A DNA stretch of 64,000 bases, taken from the NCBI GenBank assembly GCA_963693365.1, contig CAVNZM010000013.1, positions 5,880,640-5,944,639 on the forward strand, in the 5' to 3' direction. The first letter of the stretch is position 1; each line of letters begins with the position of its first letter. A model generated the notes under the pieces. That model saw only the letters and a program-made list of their open reading frames with translations, was not told the DNA's origin and did no database searches. The stretch comes from Amoebidium appalachense. Its lineage: Eukaryota; Protista; Ichthyosporea. Below, piece by piece: positions 1-21,661 of this stretch. Both the position numbers and the translations under genes were made by a program.

Positions 1-1341
1 GTCGAGTTGGTTCACGAAACTTGTTGATTTTTACCGTTTTTATTATCTTTTTTCTTTATTTTACCCTACAATCGCCAGTTATACAGAGATCGTGTTGATT
101 GCAAGCCTTGAGCCTGACCGTGTCATTGCAAGGCGACGTTGGCTCTGCATACCTGACTCAGACTTCACAACCCCAAACAGTTAAACTCTGGACGTTGACC
201 TAATTCCGGAAATTCTCCCTTCGCTGTCTCAGACGAACCCTCACGTGCAACAGAACAAGACTATAGCTAGCGTGTATTGCTTGATTATGATTTGAAGGGG
301 GCCAATGAATAATAGTAATACACAATAGCTTAATAGTACTAGACACATGTAGCACTGAGCTTCTGAGTGCACGGAGTTTTCTATCACAAGACGAGAGTAA
401 GCGAAAGCACATTGTGTGTAGCGACACAGCAAGAGGCTAAGTTTTCAATCACATCATGTCACCACACACCCACGACGTTGGAGCCCCCTCCCCCACCTCA
501 CCCATGGATACAAAGCGGCTCTGTCCTGAAATGCCTCCACAGCCCCTGTTCGCCGAGGCCCCTCATGTATGTCATTCCCTTGTTGCCCCCCATGCCGTTG
601 CACAATCATTATGTGCATATTGAAAATTCTAACTTCACGTTTCTTTGTGCTCCATATGTATGGGGATGATTAAGGGCATATTTGTTATAAAATCTTATTA
701 TTGTTGGTCTCATTAATGTGCCGCATATCGCTCAGCCAGCATGCCTAGCCCTGGGGAATGACAAAACTTTAGTGATCAATGAAAACTGCTGCATACTAAT
801 ACGGTGCTTTAGCTGTACGCTAGTGAGAATTATTTTTTTTCTGCGGGGTACACACAAGCCTACCAGGACAATAAAATTAGGACAAGCGAAAAACCTTGAA
901 GGTGTTCTTTAACTTGGTCAATCCCCTGTCACGTAAGGTCTTTAACCGTGATTGATTATGTATTGGGGATTTAAATTTTTAAATACATATTGAGATGGAA
1001 GACAAAAAAGTCAAGTGTGGGTAACCACCGTCGGTTGAGTCGATAAGGCGTGCAGCCTCTGCTCCCGAGGGAAAGGGGGGAGGGGGGAGAAGGGGAGGGG
1101 CGGCCGGGGGGTGGGGGGGGGGGGGGGGAGGGAGGGGAGGTGGAGGGGAAGGGGAACCTAGGGGGGGGGAGAGGGTCCGTTTTCTTGTGTTGAAGTGTGG
1201 CTGGTGGGCAGGCGATCTATGACTACCACGATACCCAAATATTTTGAATAGGGGGTTATGTATATACATACTGTGTACTCTGTTCCATACACTGTAGATG
1301 GGCCCGATTCTGACTTAGCACAACCACCTTTACCCCCGCAG

Positions 1342-8731
<7,390 letters not shown>

Positions 8732-9191
8732 TCTGAACGGTAGAAGTGGCATTACCATATATGGTGACAATTGCCATACATGGGTATAGCTGACATCTAG
8801 GGAGATAACCTGAGAGAATAGACGGGCATTGGTTAAGGAGGACGAGGTCGTTAGTTTGTGTTGCCGTGCATGAATAAAGTGGTGTTATGTGAGAAGTGTA
8901 TTGCTCGTGTGAATGTCGAAGCTGTGGCATGGAACACGTGGAAAGGTGTTGTATGACTGCAATAACGGGAATCTGTACTGGTGTTCTAGTTTGTGTATCA
9001 GCAGGAAGGTTGAAAAATGCTTTTTAAAAAACGTCAGTTGTTGTGAGGGGACAATATGCCGTTAAGCATCCACATATGGATAAGGGCGTGGTCAGCCAGT
9101 GCCAGCACCAGGCCGACACAGTTGCTCCACCCGACAAGGGCAACACCAGACATGTGTGTTGTTCGGTGGGGTGGGTGGGTCGGTGGTTTCT

Positions 9192-9255
<64 letters not shown>

Positions 9256-10307
9256 CTGTGTGTGTGTGTGTGTGTGGAGAGAGAGGGGCTGGGGAATAAG
9301 AAATCAAAAGGGGTTGTCAGGTATACGTGTGTAGTATGTGTAGTAATTCGGCGCTATTATTATAAGATCCCATGGTTTGGGCAGGCAGACAGGGGAGCTG
9401 CAATATGTGGGCTCCACTGCTGCTTATTTTTTCCCCAAATAAAAATGCATGATTTTTTTCCAATGAATGATCCGGCTTTCGCACCAGTGCGATTTTGGCC
9501 GTTGAGGCGATTTTCAAAATAGCCGTCGACTGCCCCTCTCTCTCTCCCCCCCCCCCCCCCCCCCCCCCCAATCATCTACCCACCCCGCCCGCTCATTCGA
9601 AGCTTGCTTATGTGACCCAGTGAATGCAACCGTAAACACACTTGGAAAAGCCTGTGGCAAGGTACGAGACATGCCTAAATTTATTAGAAATTTCCGAGAT
9701 ATCTTCCGTGCAACTTTATCGGATACTACCTAGACATCTTCCGTGGATTAAGAAAAATGGCGGCACACCCACGGTGTCCCGTTGGATATATTTACTGCTG
9801 GGACCAGCCAGCGCTCATTATCACTAATTTTGACTTAGTCTGTACATATCAACATCCTACACACTCTCAAGTTCATTCGACATTCAAACAGCCTATTTAG
9901 TCCACGGTGTGGAAACATTCGATTTGAGTTCCTAGTACTAGTTGCAATGTAAAGGGGCCGGGGGAAGCAGGTAAATGCTGCAGCATGCACGGCGCCCTTT
10001 ACCACGTGCTGTTGTGCATGCGCACAGGTAGATGGTTGAAATGGGTTAAAACATAGTCACCAGGAATGTGTGCGTCTAGATGTAATAATTAAGCTACTGT
10101 CAATGCACGCGTGCAACAAGTCCATACAGAACACCCCACAAGCATCATCAAAAATCCATTCCTTGGGTCTTTGACTGGGCCATCCACACAGCCACATCGA
10201 TACCCTCCCCCCTTGCCACGTGTGTGTACACACACGGCAACCCCCCCCCCCCCTCCCCCCATTCCCCCCAACACCCACACACACACACACGGGCACGTAC
10301 ACAGGGC

Positions 10308-11675
10308 TCACACGGGGGTGGCGCTGTGAGGGCTGGTCATGGTGTCGTAGAGGGCCAGGGGCATGGTGGTGATGCTGATGCTGCCCACAAACGTGTGCAG
10401 GGCCTCCGTCATCTGCTCGATGCTCGTGTGCACCGCCCCGTCCTGCAAACAGTACTTAGCGCACATGGATATAGGGAATGCACCGTCCTGCAAACAGTAC
10501 TAAGAGCACATGCCTATAGGGAATGCACCGTCCTGCAAACAGTACTTACTGCACATGCATATAGGGAATGCACCGTCCTGCAAACAGTACTTACTGCACA
10601 TGCCTATAGGGAATGCACCGTCCTGCAAACAGTACTTACTGCACATGCCTATAGGGAACGCACCGTCCTGCAAACAGTACTTCCTGCACATGCATATAGG
10701 GAATGCACCGTCGTGCAAACAGTACTTAAAGCACATGCCTATAGGGAATGCACCGTCCTGCAAACAGTGTTTAAAGCACATGCCTATAGGGAATGCACCG
10801 TCCTGCAAACAGTACTTACTGCACATGCATATAGGGAATGCACCGTCCTGCAAACAGTACTTACTGCACATGGATATAGGGATTGCACCGTCCTGCAAAC
10901 AGTACTTAAAGCACATGCCTATAAGGAATGCACCGTCCTGTAAACAGTACTTACTGCACATGCATATAGGGAATGCACCGTCCTGCAAACAGTACTTACT
11001 GCACATGCATATAGAGAATGTACCGTCCTGCAAACAATACTTACTGCACATGCATATAGGGAATGCACCGTCCTGCAAACAGTACTTACTGCACATGCAT
11101 ATAGGGAATGCACCGTCCTTTAAACAGTACTTAGTGAACACATATGTGCATGTGGTAATGGGCATTCCTGCGTACATGAATGCTTGCGCGTGCACGTGTG
11201 TGTTTATGCATTTGCCTGTGTGCCTTTGAGTGCCCCTCACCTCCTCTATCTTGACAATGCGGTGCCCAGGCCTCACTTTGTGTCTGCTTGCCAGTCCATC
11301 TGACGCCACTCTCAGTATCACCCCCCTGTTGACCTGCACAAAAGTGAGCATTGGGCTCAGTGCTGCCCACACCCACACAAGGCGAAAAAAGAAAAAAAGA
11401 AGAGGGAGGGAGGGACGGAGGGCCCGGAGCACAACGTACACTCAGACCAAGCTCATGGAGGAACGTGTGTGTGATCCAGGCAAGTTTATGACCAGTGTAT
11501 ATGTGTTAGTAGGACCCATGCACGTGTGTGCCATTGCCATAGTGCATGATACTATGTGTATGTCCCATCCACATGTGTGTGTCTGAATCGTGTGTGTATG
11601 ACATCTGCCACGGAGATACGTTTATGACCCATTCTATCAGGTTTTGTTCCCGGGGTGGAGGAGAAGGAGGGGTAA

Positions 11676-11713
<38 letters not shown>

Positions 11714-12811
11714 ACGCTTAGGGGTCCCTCACAGGGAACTACCGTCTTCCACTAAGCACCGGCTATACCCTACATAGGGTGCTAACGGGGCAACCAGCTA
11801 AGCTAAGACACCTCTAACAATCCAAACTACTAGTACACACAGCCCAGGGGTTTTGCCCCAGCCTCCCTAGCGGGGATGTGTATATGACATAAATACGTAT
11901 GTGCATATGACCCATGCACGAGTGTGTGTACGACCTGTGTATGATATATGCACGTGTGTATATATACCCCATGCATGTGTGTGGCACCATGATGCATGCA
12001 TGTACCTGCAGGCCCAGACGTGTGTCTGTGGTCAGTCTGCACAGGCTATACTCATCCACGGGGGGACATGCCACCACCACCAGCGTCACCTGTGCCCATC
12101 CTTAGAATCCAGTAACTCCAGTTATGCGCCCCCCTCCCCCCCCCCGGAGGCTCCCATAGAAACAAAAAGATTTTACAAACACCTCCCCGCCTATATCCAT
12201 TGCAAACACCGATGGTTAAACGGCCCAAAGAGAATGACTAGCCCATCAGATGCATGCCTACCCCACACACCCCAAACACACTATCCGCCAGCAGCGACTT
12301 ACTCCAACAGATGCACCCGACTCACATTCCCTCGGGAGTCCCTTGATCAGCAACTATCTGCGCCCTTCCTTCCCCCCTCCCCCCCCCCCCCCCCCCTCTC
12401 ACCACCACCGCCGCCAAAGCGAAAAAAACACCCCTCATCCCCCCCCCCCCCTACCCATCCACCTACCCATCATCACATACCCCTTTCCCTTCCCCCCACA
12501 CAGACCTCCAACCCCACCCAGCACCAAACAACCCAACCCCACCCCAGCCACCACATGCAGCCCCCCCCTCCCCCCCCCCCTCCCCTTCCCCCCCCCCCAA
12601 AAAATATTGAGAGAAAGAGAGATAGAGATAGAGAGAGAGAGAAAGAGAGAGAGATCTGGGAGAGAGAGAGCACACGCACGCACCCTAGTCTGGTGCTGTG
12701 TGTCCACCAGTATCTGGCATGCCTCCTCCCTGCCCAGGCCTGTCAGTGCTCTGCCGTCCACAGCCAGCACCTTGTCTCCTACCATCAGCTCAGCACCCCA
12801 TGACGCAGCAC

Positions 12812-12906
<95 letters not shown>

Positions 12907-13292
12907 GGTGGGTGTGTGTGATTGGTGTGTGTGTGTATGTATGTGTGCGTGTGCGTGCGTGTGTGCGTGTGCGTGCGTGTGCGTGCGTGTGTGTGTGTGT
13001 GTGTAGATGCATGTGTGCGCGTGTGTGGCGGTGACGTGTGTTTAGGAGAGGGGGAGGGGGAGTGGCGTGTATGTGCACGTGCGTGTGTGCATGTGCATGC
13101 GGGCGTGTGTGCATGGATGTGTTTGCACGTGTGGAGTTGTCACGGTGATGCAGTCAGTGGGTACTGTTTGCACACAAACCATGTGGCACCACATTCCACG
13201 TACTACATACAGTGTCCATGTTGGGAATTTGCAGACGGATCACATGGGAAAGGATAGTGCCGGAAACCCCTCCCTCCACCCCCCTCCCCAAA

Positions 13293-13328
<36 letters not shown>

Positions 13329-15567
13329 AGGCTAAAAAAAATAAAAATAACGGGATTCATGGACCAGACAGATGAGCCCACATTGCAGCTGGATGCAGGC
13401 AGTAGTGGAGGTTGGACAAAAGCAGGTTTTAAAAATTGTTATGAAGTGCAACATAAACATTCAGGACGAAATGTGGTGTGTGTGTGTGTGTGTGTGTGTG
13501 TTGGGCGGAGAGGGGGGGGAAGGGGGGGGGGGGGGGAGGGGGGATAAAAAGTATGTGTGATGTCTGTTGTGAGTGTGCATGCATCAAGACAAGCCTTTCC
13601 ATCTTAGGGGAATACGAGAGGGTGTGTGTTGGGAAACGGATAGGAAGGGATAGAGGGGGGGGGAGGGGGGGGGGGGGAGGGGGGGGGGGGGGGGGGGTAT
13701 TATGCGTTACACAGTACGAAATGCACATCGACGACTTTCGAGTAGAGTGCATATTTTACAAAGTACATGCAGAGAATATGCCTTTGGGGAAGAGGGGGGA
13801 CACACACCTGAGGGTCCAGACGTGCCACCAACAGGCAAGGGATGATCTCCTCAGACCTGTCCCCCTAGATCAGCACCCGTCATCAGGCACAAACAGACAG
13901 CCACATGCAGGCAGAAACCATGGGCAGAGTGATGGTGGGGGAGGGGTGGCGTGGGATCCCCTTGATGTGTATGTATACATGAGTGTGTGCGTGTGTGTGC
14001 GCGTGTGCAGAGGGGGGGGGGGGGGGGGGGGGGAGGGGGTAGAAAACGTTGCAGAATATACAGTGCACAATCACGACCGAACAGCACAATAGAAATTCTG
14101 CAAGAAAAAAACTATCCACAAAAGAGTAGCCATCACAAGGAGAGCCCGTAAACAAACGAGAAGAGAAAACGTGTGGGACTGTGCCGTGAGGGGTGCAGGC
14201 AGAGGGGATAGGTGGATGGGGCCATGTAAATGCAAAGTATCCCCTGCCTTGCTCTCCAAACACATGCAGGTTTCCAAATACTCACCACCCACATAAAATT
14301 CCTCCCTAACCCCCCCCCCCCCCTCTCCCCCCCTCCCCCCCCCCCCCCCCCCCCCCCCCTCCACTCAAGAAAAGAGCACACGTACCAGACCACGGAGAAC
14401 CCCATCGGCTGGCCCTTTTTCTTTTCCACAACCACCGTCTGCAAACACCAACACAGGTCAGCAATCAACCCCCCCCCCCCCCCCCCCCCCCTCTGTACCC
14501 CACTCACCACTCTGATCCCATATCAACCTTAAGCACCTTCCTTGCTCAGGCCTTCCCCCCCCGCCACCCACAAGATTCTCCCCACTATTCAACGCCGCCC
14601 CAAATAGCACACATATATTCACGAACACACATGCACACCCCCCTCCCAACCACCCATCCACGTCCACCAACCCACACGCACACGCACACGCACACGCACA
14701 CGCACATGCACACCTCCCCCCCCTCCCCCCCCCCCCCCCCCCACACACACAACCCCTCCCTTCCCTCCCTCCCCCCCCCCCCCCCTTCTCCCCCCCCCCC
14801 CCCCCACACACACACACACACCACACACCCACCTTCCTCCGTGTCATATCCAGCAACTCATCCACTTCCTGAAGTGACCGTTGCCGCCTGCAACCAATCA
14901 TCAGAGCCATAATCCCCACAGCCCATTTGGCCAATCATTTTCCTCCCCACCACACTCTTCATCTCCCCGTCCCGTCTGGCTCCTCTTGCACCAATTTCCA
15001 CGTGACATCCACCCTATCCCCTTACCCCCCTCCCCCCTCCCCTTCCACTCCATCCCTCCCCCCCCCTCCCTCCCCCCCCCCCCCCCCACCCCCTCTATTC
15101 CCAAGAAAACCCTTTCTTTCACCTTTTCTACCCCAGTTATCCTGTGCTGGCCCAACAGAAACACCGAACATACCCACTTACACAGCAACTACAAGTGTCC
15201 CTATAGCATATGGATTTGCAGGCCCACAAAAACTGAAAAAGTGTGGCCAATCAAATGACGGCTGCATGGATCCGATTCCCATGACTATTGGCTGGTTGGC
15301 TGGGCCCTCTGGGTAAGATCATCGGGCAGCCAACACTTCTAACCCAATCAAATGTGTTGTTTCAATGTCGTATGCCGGGCACCAGATCAAAGGCAGTCCA
15401 TATCTTGAATAGAAGACACCTAATCCTGCCCCCCCCCCCCCCCCCCCCCCGCCCATTTAAATGAATTAGAAATAAAAAATAAATACAATGCCCACTCACT
15501 CTGCCGAATGCTGGGCACAGCTCATAGCCTCCCCATACTCGTCTGGCCTCAGGTCGTTGTACTGTGT

Positions 15568-15614
<47 letters not shown>

Positions 15615-15735
15615 GGTGGGTGTTGTGTGTGTGTGCATGCGTGCGCGTCTATGCGTGTGTATCTACACACAAGTGTGCGTCGTTGTGTTGTGTGCGCGCC
15701 TGCGTGCATGTGTGCGCACCTGCATGCGTGTGTGC

Positions 15736-15784
<49 letters not shown>

Positions 15785-15872
15785 GTGTGTGTGTGTGTGT
15801 GCGTGCGTGCGTGTGTGTACGTGTGCATGTGCCGTTGTGTGGTGTGTGCTGCAGTCTGTGTGCACGAGTATT

Positions 15873-15946
<74 letters not shown>

Positions 15947-16127
15947 CGCGCGCGCGTGCTTCTGTGTGTGAGTGTGTGTACACATGTGTGTGTTCGCGTG
16001 CCGTTGTGTTGTGCACGCCTGCGTGTGTGTGTGCCAGTGGCATGTGTATCTGCCGTTGTGTTGTATGTGTGCGCCTGTGTGCATGAGTGTCCATGCGCGC
16101 GCGTGGGCTGTGTGTGTGTGTGTGTGT

Positions 16128-16160
<33 letters not shown>

Positions 16161-17278
16161 CTTGTGTATGTGTATGCACGTACGCGCATGTGTGTGGGGG
16201 GGGAGGTGGGGGTGGGGGGGGGAGGAGGGGAGGTGTCAGTGGTCCACCCAGCTGCTTTGCCACCACGGGGCCACCCATGGATATAGCTCACACATATGGT
16301 TGCTCTCTGTCATAGTGCCCCGTAGCCTACGACGTTAATATCTGCAATCATAAGAAACAGACCAAAATAGATGATAATAACCGAACAGAAAATAAATATG
16401 AAACGTGAAAATAATAACCAAACGTTCATCCCCAACACATGCCCATTTCACAACCTAGCCATCACCGATTATTTGCTTCTTACGTCCCTCACCCCCTCAC
16501 ATTCCTAAATAGAACACAATACATTCACACAAACACGCGCACCCGCGCACCCGCACACCCACACACCTCGCACCCAACGACCCACCCACCCACTCACCCA
16601 TCCCTCCCCTCCCCCTCCCCCCCCCCCCTCCTCCCTTCCCCCCCGCCTTTCCTCCTCCCTCCCTTCCCTTCCCTCCCCCCTCCCTCGCGTCCCCCCTGTT
16701 CCCCTCACACACCACCCACACGTTACCTCTATGTGGAAGTGTGTGTCTGTGGTGGGAGGCCTGCCCAGGCAATAGACGTAGTCAGTGTTGAGCCGACGCA
16801 CAGCATTTTCAACAAGAAGGTCGGACCTGAGGAATCGAGGGGCGGAGGGGGGGGGGGGGGAGGGGGGGGGGAGGGGTGGCGGGGGGAGAGGGAGGGAGGG
16901 AGGGGAGGGGGGGGGGGGGGGGGTGAGTGGGTGTGCCGCACATGGAAGGCAACTAGAACATTAAAGTGGGAATGGGGTAAGGCCAGGTGTAAGGATGAGC
17001 ACGTGCAATTCGTCTCTTATGCCTTGTGCTCTTAAAGATCTGGCGCACACAGTACGGGGTGCAGATGTGATGAACACATTGCAGCCACCAGCAAGAGAAC
17101 TGTAGCCACGGGAGGACGGATGGAAAGAAGGTTGGGGAAGGAGGGGGGGGGGGGGGGGGGGGGGGGAGGGAGGGATAAATCGACACTGTACGCACGTTGT
17201 TAGCAGCTTTACGTTGAACCTGCCGACCCTTGCCTTGCTGTTTGTGTGCATGGTCTGGCGGCCTATGGCTGTGACCAT
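10308..17278 (-). CDS. Mint/X11/LIN-10 (APBA)-like tandem PDZ protein; 5' end uncertain
   Basis: Approximate exons 17278-17219, 16824-16725, 15562-15500, 14888-14833, 14438-14385, 13856-13808, 12812-12683, 12089-12006, 11332-11240 and 10443-10308. They give TVVVEKKKGQPMGFSVVW..IIPCLLVARLDPQGAASWGAELMVGDKVLAVDGRAL..VTLVVVACPPVDEY..LGLQVNRGVILRVASDGLASRHKVRPGHRIVKIE..ISITTMPLALY. This is colinear with the Mint PDZ1-PDZ2 C-terminus (CPPV linker, RVGHRII, KTMP). Confidence 0.8.
10432..11133. repeat. 45-bp minisatellite, about 15 copies, in the last intron of the PDZ gene
   Basis: Unit GCACATGCATATAGGGAATGCACCGTCCTGCAAACAGTACTTACT repeated head-to-tail. Confidence 0.95.
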
Positions 17279-17989
17279 GGTGGAGGAGGTCTGCGCCCAG
17301 TGGCAACGGTATGGCCCAAGGTGCCCGTCCAGCGTGTGTGTACGTGCGTGTGTGTGCTCACACCCCAGATAATAATAGTCCAACGTAATGGGGTGAAAAA
17401 AGATTTATAAAACGAGGCTGGAGGCATGAAGATGTAAAGAAAATTTTTACAAACAGCTGCAAAAAATGGCCTTATGGGCACGAAGCTTAAGACTGTTGCA
17501 GACACGTTGAAAAAACCGTCGAGGACTGCAAGACAAGTGCCCAGTCTGTACAAATTTAAAGGCAACTGTTATAGGCTTGGGGGAAGCATCAGGTCTGAAG
17601 TATAGTAAAGACTTTGCTGCAACTTGAACCGAACACTCTCCGGTACGTCTCAAAAAGCAAACTATTGCTGAGTTCAACTCAAGCTTAAAATTTTCGCTAG
17701 CCAGCTTAGAAACGACAGCCCCAATACGTATGACTCGTATCGGATAAAAGGGGCTACTGTACTATTGCAACTTAGTAAACGAGTGTCACAAGAAGTCAGA
17801 AAGTCGCACGTTCAAGCCCGAAAGTGCCATGAGGGCTTCGTTTTTTTTTTTTAAACACCGGATGCAAACAAAGAGAGAGGCGGCATCTGATTGGCGGACA
17901 ATTAATGTATTTGATCTCCAGCCAATAAATTTGCGCAGATATTGAGCCGGCTCCCTGAACGTCTATATGTCATAATCTAGGGAGAACGA

Positions 17990-18037
<48 letters not shown>

Positions 18038-18579
18038 TAGGTTCGAAGATAGGTTTGAAGGTTCGAAGCATTCGGGTCCATTATTAGACATAAGGGAATG
18101 TTCACAACTGTTCCCCTTGATAACTGTGAACAGTCGGCTTTATTGTTCGGGGATTACGTACGTATACGTTGCACAAAAGCAGTTGGGGAATTGTTCCACT
18201 ATTCCATGGAACAAAAAGTCATTCACACAAACACGAATAAACAGGTGAAAATTGGTTCGTTACATGCTCAATTATATTGGCAGTCTTACGGGCACATCCA
18301 ACAGCCAGGCACTAAACAAGAAACGTGCACACGTGTGTCATGCTGTGCTACATCTGCGTCTGATTCAAGAGAACCGCCACATTAACCCATCAACCCGCTT
18401 GGCAATGTTGCTGCACCAACACATTGCAGAGAACCCACCAAACCTTCTGTCATATATTTCATACGAGCATGGATGAGGCAAGATCTGATATCTACAAGGG
18501 ACACACACTGAATGAGAACATTAATTCCGCAAGGCTGGTATCTCCAGCGGGGTACACACCAAAACATTACTGACTTGGC

Positions 18580-18762
18580 CTAGTAGGGCTGGTATCTGCG
18601 GGGCTCCTTTGTGTCTTTGGCCTGCACGGCCCCTCCTGCCGCTGCTGGCTGCTGGGCACTGGGGGCTGCGGCTGCGGCAGCATAGTACTGTGCATACCAC
18701 TGAGCATAGGCAGGGTCAGCCTGCAGGGGTTTTTTTTTGTTTGTGTGTGTGTGCGTGTGTGT

Positions 18763-18812
<50 letters not shown>

Positions 18813-19439
18813 CCGGTCAGTCAAACAAAAGCAAACGTCCCCCCCCCCCCCCCCCCAAAAAAAAAAAAAAAAAAAAAAACAAAGAAAAAACACCGACCCA
18901 CTTCAAACACACACATGATCGAACCCACACACCACCCCAAACAAAAAAATGGAGAACACAAACCCGATAGAACATATTTACATGATAGTAAGCAAGGCAG
19001 TCACACAGGAAACACCTACAACACCTGCCCAGAGAAAAATAATTCTGTATGACTCCGTGCCATGCTAACAAACGGGTATCAAGCATGAAACCTTTTGCCC
19101 TCCTCTGCACACCAACCAGTAGCGCACGCACCAAGTCTACATAATCAGAGACTACACAAGTGATCGGAGACCAGTCTACATAATCAGAGACTAAACAAGT
19201 GATAGGAGACCAAGTCTACATAATCAGAGACTAAACAAGTGATCGGAGACCAAGTCTACATAATCAGAGACTAAACAAGTGATCGGAGACCAAGTCTACA
19301 TAATCAGAGACTAAACAAGTGATAGTAGACATGCAGTGCCCGTGTGCTCTTGCCTGCCATGTGTGTTGCGTGTGGGTGCGCGGGTGGACAATGTGGTGAC
19401 CCGGCAGCGCCAGGGAAGGGGTTGGAGGGTTGGGAAGGT

Positions 19440-19477
<38 letters not shown>

Positions 19478-19995
19478 TGCATGCTCGACAAGACATAAAC
19501 CTCCAGGAAATAACAGAAAAGCATGTGTAGGAAACCCATCCTGGTCGAAGCACATATCAGCGAAATGTGGAAATGGGTGAGCCAAGTGCACGAATCTGAA
19601 CATAGAGCATCATTTGTCACGTACCGGGTTATATGGATACTGTGCTTGCTGTGCTGCTGCTACCGCCTGGGTTGGGTCGTAGTAGGGCCATGCTGGCGCC
19701 TGCTGTGGCCACAGTCAGCATCCCAAATCACCCCACTTGCATCCTCTTATTTACCCCCCCCCCCCCACCCCCCTCTCCCCCTATCCCCCCTAATATGTGT
19801 ACAAGCCGCACACACGGCTCTCCCTCTCTGTCGCATGCATGTCTAGAACTGCATGCGTGCACAGGCACATGCACGAGCACATGCCTGCCACTACCTGCAC
19901 ACGTCACCCGCCGGCCAGTCCTCTCATCTGCCCGAAGTGCTTCCCTGCCTGAACCCCATTCTCACTGCCAGCACACAGGCAGACACAGGCACAGA

Positions 19996-20032
<37 letters not shown>

Positions 20033-20616
20033 TGTTGAACAGGAAACACTAGCTAATATGAATAGGGCAGGCAGGCAGGCAGGCGCAGGCAGGCAGGCAG
20101 TGTGTGTCTGTACCTGGTAGTAGGCCGGGTACGGATAGCCGTAGGCTGCGGGGGGGACTGCTACGGGTGCGGGTGCTGCAGCATACGGGTAACCCTAATG
20201 AGGGGTGTTAGCACGTGCCAGCCACGTACACACAGACAGACATGTGCACATACACACTATGAAGGGTAAGTGAACACACAAAGGCACCTGCACACAACCA
20301 CATGCATACACTCAGGACGTGTACAAACACAGACACCTGCACTCACACACAGGCGCCTGCACATATACAGGAACGTGCACCCACACAGGCACGTGCACAC
20401 GCAGGTACGTGCACACATACAGCCACATGGCCGTCTGCCTGCCACGCACGTGCCCCCTCCCCCCCCCCCCTCCCCCCCCCCCCCCCCCCCAATGCACACA
20501 CAGGGCCACTCACATATCCGTAGCTGCCCACAGGCACTGCGTTGGCATTGCCGACTGCTCCGACAGCCCCACCGGCCCCCCTGCAGACCAGCCCATTAGC
20601 AACTATCTACATAACA

Positions 20617-20651
<35 letters not shown>

Positions 20652-20679
20652 CGAAAAAAAATCTGCACATACACACACG

Positions 20680-20723
<44 letters not shown>

Positions 20724-21001
20724 AACCCACCCCCACCCCCACCCCCACACTAACACGCATGCACAGAGGGGGCCACATACCACTTGGGCGCGCTGGGCTT
20801 GTCGTTGTTGCGCCTGGTAGCCCAGTTGACCTGCAGCCCAGCAGTCAGCACACCACCCCCCATGGCCCCTTGCACCACACGTGGCCCCTCCTTCCAGATC
20901 CTTCCACACAGCCACGTGGTCTGCCACGTCCCTTTTACCAATGTCTTCCCTTCCATGACCCATATGGCATGCATCCAACATGCAGTGTCAAACATAACAA
21001 C

Positions 21002-21034
<33 letters not shown>

Positions 21035-21583
21035 CTTACATAAATAAATAAATAAATGAATATTAACATAAATATTAAGAATAACTTGAAATACACAAAC
21101 CAACAAATAAAAAAATAAATAAATAAATAAAATAACACCACACACATACAAACAGGCACAGGACACATGCGCGCAAGGCACACGCATGCACGCACGCACG
21201 AGTGCATGCGCGCACGCACACACAGACACACAGACACACAGACACACACACACAGAGAGAGAGACACACACACACACACCCATCCACCCACACCACCCCC
21301 CCCCCCCCCCCCCCCCCCCCGGGCGCCCCACACACACCTCGACCCTCCTGTTGTCCACCAGGGACCCAGACATGGCCGTCCGTGCCTCTGCCGCGTCCTT
21401 GCAGCGGTAGAACGACACAAACCCAAACCTGCACCCCGCCAACGTCAATCAACCACCCACATAACTGCAGCGCAAACATACGTCCCAAAAGTCATGCCCA
21501 AACGTGCAGACACAAAATGATCAAGCAAGCCCCCCTCTCCCCCCCCCCCTTTCCTCTCTCCTCCCTCGCCACCGCCACCACCA

Positions 21584-21661
<78 letters not shown>

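Noticed and set aside
9055-9155. Possible small minus-strand exon or ORF between DHPS and the PDZ gene
   Set aside because: It is short, has no recognisable motif and has no convincing splice partner.
10432-11133. CRISPR-like array
   Set aside because: Units are contiguous and near-identical with no unique spacers, there are no cas genes, and the context is a eukaryotic intron.
17990-18075. G-run followed by GGTTCGAA repeats, resembling a tRNA T-loop or B-box
   Set aside because: There is no cloverleaf or A-box, and it is only three short imperfect repeats.
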